Below, one piece after another: positions 39,801 to 47,068 of a stretch of DNA of 64,000 nt. A model generated the notes under the pieces. It worked only from the letters and a program-made list of their open reading frames with translations, was not told the DNA's origin and did no database searches. The stretch is taken from the NCBI RefSeq assembly GCF_001194135.2, contig NC_068981.1, positions 65,776,941 to 65,840,940 of the forward strand, in the 5' to 3' direction. A program made the position numbers and the translations under genes. This DNA is from Octopus bimaculoides. Taxonomy: Eukaryota. How positions within the stretch are numbered: the first letter of the stretch is position 1; every line of letters starts with the position of its first letter.

Positions 39801-42800
39801 GGCTGGGTAGGAAAAAGAAAATATAAAATGCTTTATAAACGCAACAAAGGAAACAGATATGAGAGAAAAATATATAACCTTAAAGAAGTGGAATAGTTGA
39901 TTGACTCAAATCAGTATGTGATTTGTATTTATGCTATTAGTTCAGGAGAAAGGGAAATGATGGTTAATACTAACAGGATTTAAACTTAGAATATTGAGGA
40001 ATAAAACTTTTGTTGTTGGCACTCCGTCGCTTACGACGTTGAGGGTTCCAGTTGATCCGATCAACAGAACAGCGTGCTCGTGAAATTAACGTGCAAGTGG
40101 CTGAGCACTCCACAGACACGTGTACCCTTAACGTAGTTCTCGGGGAGATTCAGCGTGACAGTGTGATAAGGCTGACCTTTTGAATTACAGGCACAACAGA
40201 AAGAGGAAGTAAGAGTGAGAGAAAGTTGTGATGAAAGAGTACAGCAGGGTTTGCCACCATCCCCTGCTGGAGCCTCGTGGAGCTTTAGGTGTTTTCGCTC
40301 AATAAACACTCAACGCCCAGTCTGGGAATTGAAACAGCGATCCTATGACCGCGAGTCCGCTGCCCTAACCACTGGGCCATTGCGCCTCCACAGGAATAAA
40401 ACTAAATACTGCAAGACATTCACTGCCACTACATTAATGTTCTAATAGTAGTCTTACCTATAAATAATGATCTTTTGTATACTTGGCTAACTCAGTAAGA
40501 TTTGAATTCAGAATATAGAATAAGAGAAGTACTAAAAGGTTTTAGTCCAGCAATACAATTTCTGCTACCCATCCACCATTAAAATAAATAAATTGAAAAT
40601 AAAAACTGGTTCTAAGTAATATTGTAATGAATGATTTACCAGTATGGTAGGAGACAAAAATCATTAAATTCAACTTTTGCTGGCTTTTCAGCTGAAAATA
40701 ACTCATCACCTCTGCTGCCTTTTCCTCAGAAAAGGGATTACGAAATCCTCAATAACCCTGTTTACTTAGCTATCAAAAAAGGTATAGCATGTGAAAGACA
40801 GCATCAAAATATTGCTTCAAATGATGCAGTGCATATACAAAGGGTTTCATAACCTTGCTCAGTCACATTCAAAATTTTCCCAGTGGTTATGATAGATGTT
40901 CCATGAGACATCTGTCTTTCAACTGATTAATGAATAAGGAAAAAAAAACCCCATCTCAGATAATCTCCACATTCAAAGATCTTCCAAGTAATGGTAGGGA
41001 ATAATTAGCACAGCACCCATGACTTTCAGACACATTTTTCATGCTCAGAATTGCTGAAGCATGGAATAAACAACTCACATCAGTTGTTAGCTATGAGGAC
41101 TCTACATCCTTCAAAACTTCCATGCTTCCTGAAATTCACCAATGCTACACCTTATGTTCCACCCAACTTCTTTTAATAACATTCACTGGTCACTTTCCTG
41201 TCTTTATTTGTGCATTAATCAACTAACCTCCTTCCCCAACATTTCAGGCCTTGTACTTATAAAAAATTATTATTATAAAATATATTCAAATGACATCAAC
41301 AATCCAAAACAAAACCAAGATGATTTCTGATAGTGTGGTCAGAATTGCTGACCACAAGTTTTCAGTTGTTTGAATAACTGAACTGCTCATTAGAATTAGT
41401 GTAAGTGGCTGAGTATTCTACAGACATGTGTACCTTTGATGTAATCTCGAGGCAAAGTCAGCTTGACACTGAGTAACAAAGCTGGACATTTCAATTAAAG
41501 AACAGTTCTTGATGGGCTTGAACACAAATTCAATCAATCCAATTTCACTTCTAAAACTTAGATCAACCCAATAATCTGAAGCTGTAATAAAAGACACTCA
41601 CTCATGATGCCATGCAGTGGGCCCAAAACAAAGACCTTATGACTGCAAAGTGAACTTCTTAACCATTCAGTTATATTTGTATCTACCATACTATCCATAG
41701 TATTTAATAACTAACTAACTATATAACAAGTCAACAGAGGTAAAACCAATTTGCCTAGTCCACAGTGTTAGTGAAAAGTAGTTTAATCTCATAGAAATTG
41801 TGAGACCATCAAATACCAAAATGCAATAAATTTCAGCCTTATATCATATATGTTCTATTCCTTGTGGTTATGCTGGGACATCACCTTTAAGGGTTGTTTT
41901 AATTAATTGTATCAACCAATGTCTGGTATTTATTTATCAATCTCAAAGGATAACAAAAGGGAAGTCATCTGGTCGTAAAGGGAGTGGAGGTGGGGGGCAA
42001 CCAAAACAGGAGTGAAATACCTAAAGGTATTTTTGTTTAATGGGCTTATTTTTTACCATTTTATTATCAGACTGAGCTTCTGCAGAGATTTTTTTCTACA
42101 AGATTTCACTGATAAGGCTTTAGTTGACATACAGACATTTTAGATGAAACTTGCTCAAGGCACCATATACTAGGACTGAATGAAGCATCATGAGCTTTTT
42201 GAAGTGAACAAAACAACATGGTCATGTAAAATGATGCAGTTTTCTATATTTTTATCACTACTTTATAAAAATTAACAAGTTCAAATTATCTTTATAAAAT
42301 CAACTTACAGAGACAGTTGTAACATGGGTTGTTGTAGTAGATGCTTTTGTAGTACTAACAGATTCTGAACTGAATGCTTTGTGATCAAGAGCAAACCGAC
42401 CCTTCTGGCAAAAATTCAGTGTGTGGCAGACACTTTTTGCATTCTGAAATTAATGAAAATATACAAGTAATTTTTCCCCTTGGCAAATTATTAATAGCAT
42501 GAATATGGACACACACACATAAATATTAGAATTGTGCATTTTGAATGAAACATTGAAATATAGCAGGTAAAATTAAATCATTTTAAAAAGTCAGCACAAT
42601 GGAAATCAAAATTAAAACAATGAAAACATACTGTATTTTGGAGTATACAAGCTAAATCTTTTCAGACCAAATTTACAGGACAAAAAAGTTGACATACATC
42701 AGGACGAGGACCAAAAATTCCATGTGAAAAGCAATAAGATTTAAGAAGATGATGATTTTTGAATGGTTAAACTACATGTTTTCACTATATATTATGTCAA

Positions 42801-45800
42801 CTTATATGTTGGAGAATATAGTAAGACACAGCAACAGTTTATACATATTTCAATATTTTGGGGATGATAAAAATATAGGATGGCAAGGAGCTGGTATTTC
42901 TCTCCTACTCATATATATATATATANNNNNNNNNNNNNNNNNNNNNNNNNNNNNNNNNNNNNNNNNNNNNNNNNNNNNNNNNNNNNNNNNNNNNNNNNNN
43001 NNNNNNNNNNNNNNNNNNNNNNNNNNNNNNNNNNNNNNNNNNNNNNNNNNNNNNNNNNNNNNTATAAATAAAAGTTCCTTTAATTCGTACACATGTTTCA
43101 AAATATGTGTGGTCTACTCCAAAGAAGTAAGAGCTGCTGGAATTGCACATATATTCATCGTCAGGGAACCAACATATAAAAGCAAGACAAATGCGAAATG
43201 AGGTAACTTACGAGTTAAAGGAACTTTTATTTATATGCGTTTTGCCTCATTTATTGTTATTATTCATATCTACTCAAAATGCATCACTTCAACTTGGTAT
43301 CTCTACCTATAAAACAGGTGTGATATCCTGGTTTTTTGTGTAATTTTTGCTACCCATGGTAACTATTAACATATTTACATTGTCAAAGGTTTTTTTAAAC
43401 TGAGATAATATTAATATATACATAAACTTATATATATACATGCATGTGTGTGTGGTAAAGAAGAACAAATATCGATTGTACTCGTGTATGTTAATTTTGA
43501 TTTTAAATGACTGAAGCTTTCAATTCCTTGCCTCATTCTCTTAACTGGAGAAAAGCAGTGAAGAGATAAAGAAAAAAATACTGATTGTATATAGTTCTTA
43601 AATGTTGTAAATGAACATAGACCAATTAGTTTCACGATCCCAGATTACATTGTCGTGACAAGCTCCAACCTGATCTTGATTGATTGTTGTCAATTGATTG
43701 AAAAAGTCATTTCTGATACATCTTAATTTTTGAAGAAGTTCATCATTGAGTTTATCATCCATTTCATTAGTCGGAACTAGTATAGCTGTTCCACATAGCC
43801 AGTTTACATCAGTGTAATTGACAGATAAATTAGGAAATACTTTATCCATAAGATCCCCAAGAGAAAGTATCATTTGACTGCATGGAAGTTTTGAGTCGAA
43901 TGTTAATATCCCATAACAAATCTTAAGCCCGTATGATCACCTTGTAGAAGTACTCTGCAACTTTTGATCCTTTGGGGGATAACTGTTTTGATATGTAATT
44001 ACACTGCAAACAATACTTCCATAATTTTTAACCAATACTCACATAAATATAACTACATATGGAAATGGAATACTGGAATTAGCAGATGTATTTCAAGAGG
44101 AAACAGCTTGATTTTAACTACCTACATAATCTGTGTGTGTGTGTGTGTGTGTGTGTGTATACATATATTTATACCCACACACACACACACACCATTTAAC
44201 AACCATGTTCCATGGGTTGGATGTCATGGTAAGATCAGACAGGTCTAAGAACTGCATTGTGCTCCACTGTCAACCACTTTACAGTGAGTACTGGGTGATT
44301 TTTTTTTTCATGTCACCACCTCTAGCGAGGTCACCATGCACCTTACAAGATTATGAAACCCAAGAGAGATAGCTTTACACTAGGAGATGAGTTAAAGAAT
44401 GAGGGAATGGACCAGAGCAGAATAGCTTTCTTGCTATAAGGGAGCTACATGGTTACATTTTAGAAGAGAGGGTGGTCAGAATGGAGCTGGGAGGATATAC
44501 AAAAATAGCAGTTGTGTTGAGGTCTCTCAAGGTACAAGGTGAGTAAAAGGTTGTGGAAACAGAAGATCAGGTGGTTTGAGCAGGTAGAGGTTTCAAGTGT
44601 GTATGGGAGAATGAAGTATGGGGAATGGATTTGCTTGTTTATGTAACACTGCTTGGAATCAGTCTGTTGACTTTCTTTGTACATTAGTTCTTTGAAATTG
44701 AGAACTGATGAGTCCAATCCAACAACAATGATTAGAGTCCGTCATCTCACCTACAACTCAAGCCATCAGAGGAAAATTTTAATCAATTCTTTGTTATACA
44801 TACCATTCCAAGCTCTAGAAGCTTAAATAACTCAGGGAGATATTCAACAATATCGTTTTGGCACTATAAGAGATTAAAAAGAATACATTTTAAAAATTTA
44901 TAAGTAAAAAAAAAGCTATAAAGAATCATAAAAGCATGCAAACACACCCACACACACAAAAAAAAAATCAAGCTACATTACTCTTTCACAACAATGGTAC
45001 TTTGTTAAAACTAGCCTGAATTCTGAAATCAACCATCTCAGAATGAAGACAGGAAGGTCAAGAAGTCTTTTCCTGTTACATTTATTCTTCTCTAAGTGGT
45101 ATACTATTAATGGGATGGTCACAACTTGAATGAAGAACTATCAGCAAAGCATGATCCATATTAATAAATATATTAGCCATCTTACATCTCTGGTAGAATA
45201 TTTAGGCTGGATATGACCAGTTTAAATGCTAAAGGGTTTAAAGAAGATTAAGATCAAACAAGCCACAGAACTGATGTCTATGAATTGTTATACTGCAAAC
45301 AGATTAAAACAAAATCTTTCTAGATGTCTTTTTTTTCAAGCAATGATATTCTTAGAAATATTAAAATGAACAGAAACCTTACACAGAATTCCACTGATAA
45401 AACAATGATACAACACACTCTTCATTGTATGAAAAGAAGAATAATGAATTCAATACATAGGTTTATTCATTCATTTGAAGGAAAAAGAATTTGCTACAGT
45501 GACGAAATAAAGCATCACTTCCAAATGTGTATGTTTGTGTGAATGAATTTAAATCTTAACTGTTTATATTACACACACATTTTAGATATATCTATTTTAA
45601 TGTCTATTGTATCGGTTGGATGGAGTATATTGAGGTAGATTTCTATAGTCAGATGTTCTTGTTGCCAAAACTTAGTTTCCAAGTAAAGTAATATTTCTTC
45701 ATGGCCAGACTTGTTTTTGCTTACTTGACAGTGAGACTCACTCTAGGCAATGTCAAGACAAGAGGACACATATATATATACTCACAAATTTCTTTCAGCT

Positions 45801-46974
45801 TCTGTCAACCAAATCTACTCACATGACTGATTGGCTTGGAGCTATAGTAGAAGACATACTCAAAGTGCCGTGCAGTGGGACTGAATCCAAGACCATTGGT
45901 TGGAAGCATGCTCCTTAAGCACACAGCCATGCCTGCATCAATATATTACATGTGCATGGAAGCATGTTTATGCATATGTGTGAACATGCTTCCTTGTCTT
46001 CACATTGCAGGATTGTTGTAAAATGGTGTCACTGTCATACAAGCAGTGTCATTCATTTCCAATATTCTGTGAAAACATATCTGGCCATGAGGAAATATTT
46101 CTTTTTACATTTAGACACATATTATAAGTATGTGTCATGTAACTTGTGTAAAAGATGATAACTCCACTTCCTATTATAGTTATAATGATGTTTAGGACAA
46201 CAAAAACTTATGGTCTGAACGTTTCATTGATTTACTTATGAATTTATATTTGATTTTAAAAGAAAGGTGACAGTCTGTAATAGTTTTGATGAATTTTAAT
46301 TGCAATTTAAAGTTATTTATATCTTGAGATTTCTTTGAAGATTTATGCCATTGTGTGACATTATTACACACTGTAATGTTTAGATTCTTCTGTAGACAAG
46401 TTCCTATGAATTCATACCTAAAGTAGTAGCTCTGATATAGTCTTCATCTAAATGGTTATTACATATGCCCTTTGTTCTTTTACTGGTCTTGTCTTTGGAT
46501 TGCTCTTATTCTGGGATATCATCATCAAGAGTTATATTGACTCCAGTTTGTACTTTTTTTTTTCTTTTTGGTTTCATGTCTATAGCTGGATGCTCTTAGT
46601 AATGCGAGCCACTTTACAGAGTATGTTGGATGTATTTTATTGTGCTACCAACACTAATGAGGTTGTCATGTATTTGACAATCTTGAAAGGTCCTTAATTC
46701 TGTTATCTCAGTCAGGTTGTAGTGTTTGTGTGTGGGGGTGTGTATATGCATGTCTTTGTAAGTATATTTGCAAAAGTGTATGTATCAAGTGAGGGTTGGT
46801 GACAGGAAGGGCATCCAGTTGCAGAAAATCAACATCAATAAACTTCGTCTGACCCATGCAAACATGGGATGATGATGCAGTGCACATTTGTTTCATTTAA
46901 TTTTTTGTTTCCCCATGGTTTACAAGAAAATTGTGTGTGTGCATGCATGCTATATATATGTATGTATGTGTGTG

Positions 46975-47068
<94 letters not shown>

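Noticed and set aside
39340-40391. tRNA-like sequences at SINE heads
   Set aside because: A/B boxes are present but continue into SINE bodies and lack a proper cloverleaf; not functional tRNA genes
44380-44720. Possible Penelope/LINE remnant (TDSKQ..Y motif); similar pyrimidine-rich tracts at 22530-23080, 36220-36600, 59560-59960
   Set aside because: Probably decayed retroelements, but too degenerate to assign a family by eye
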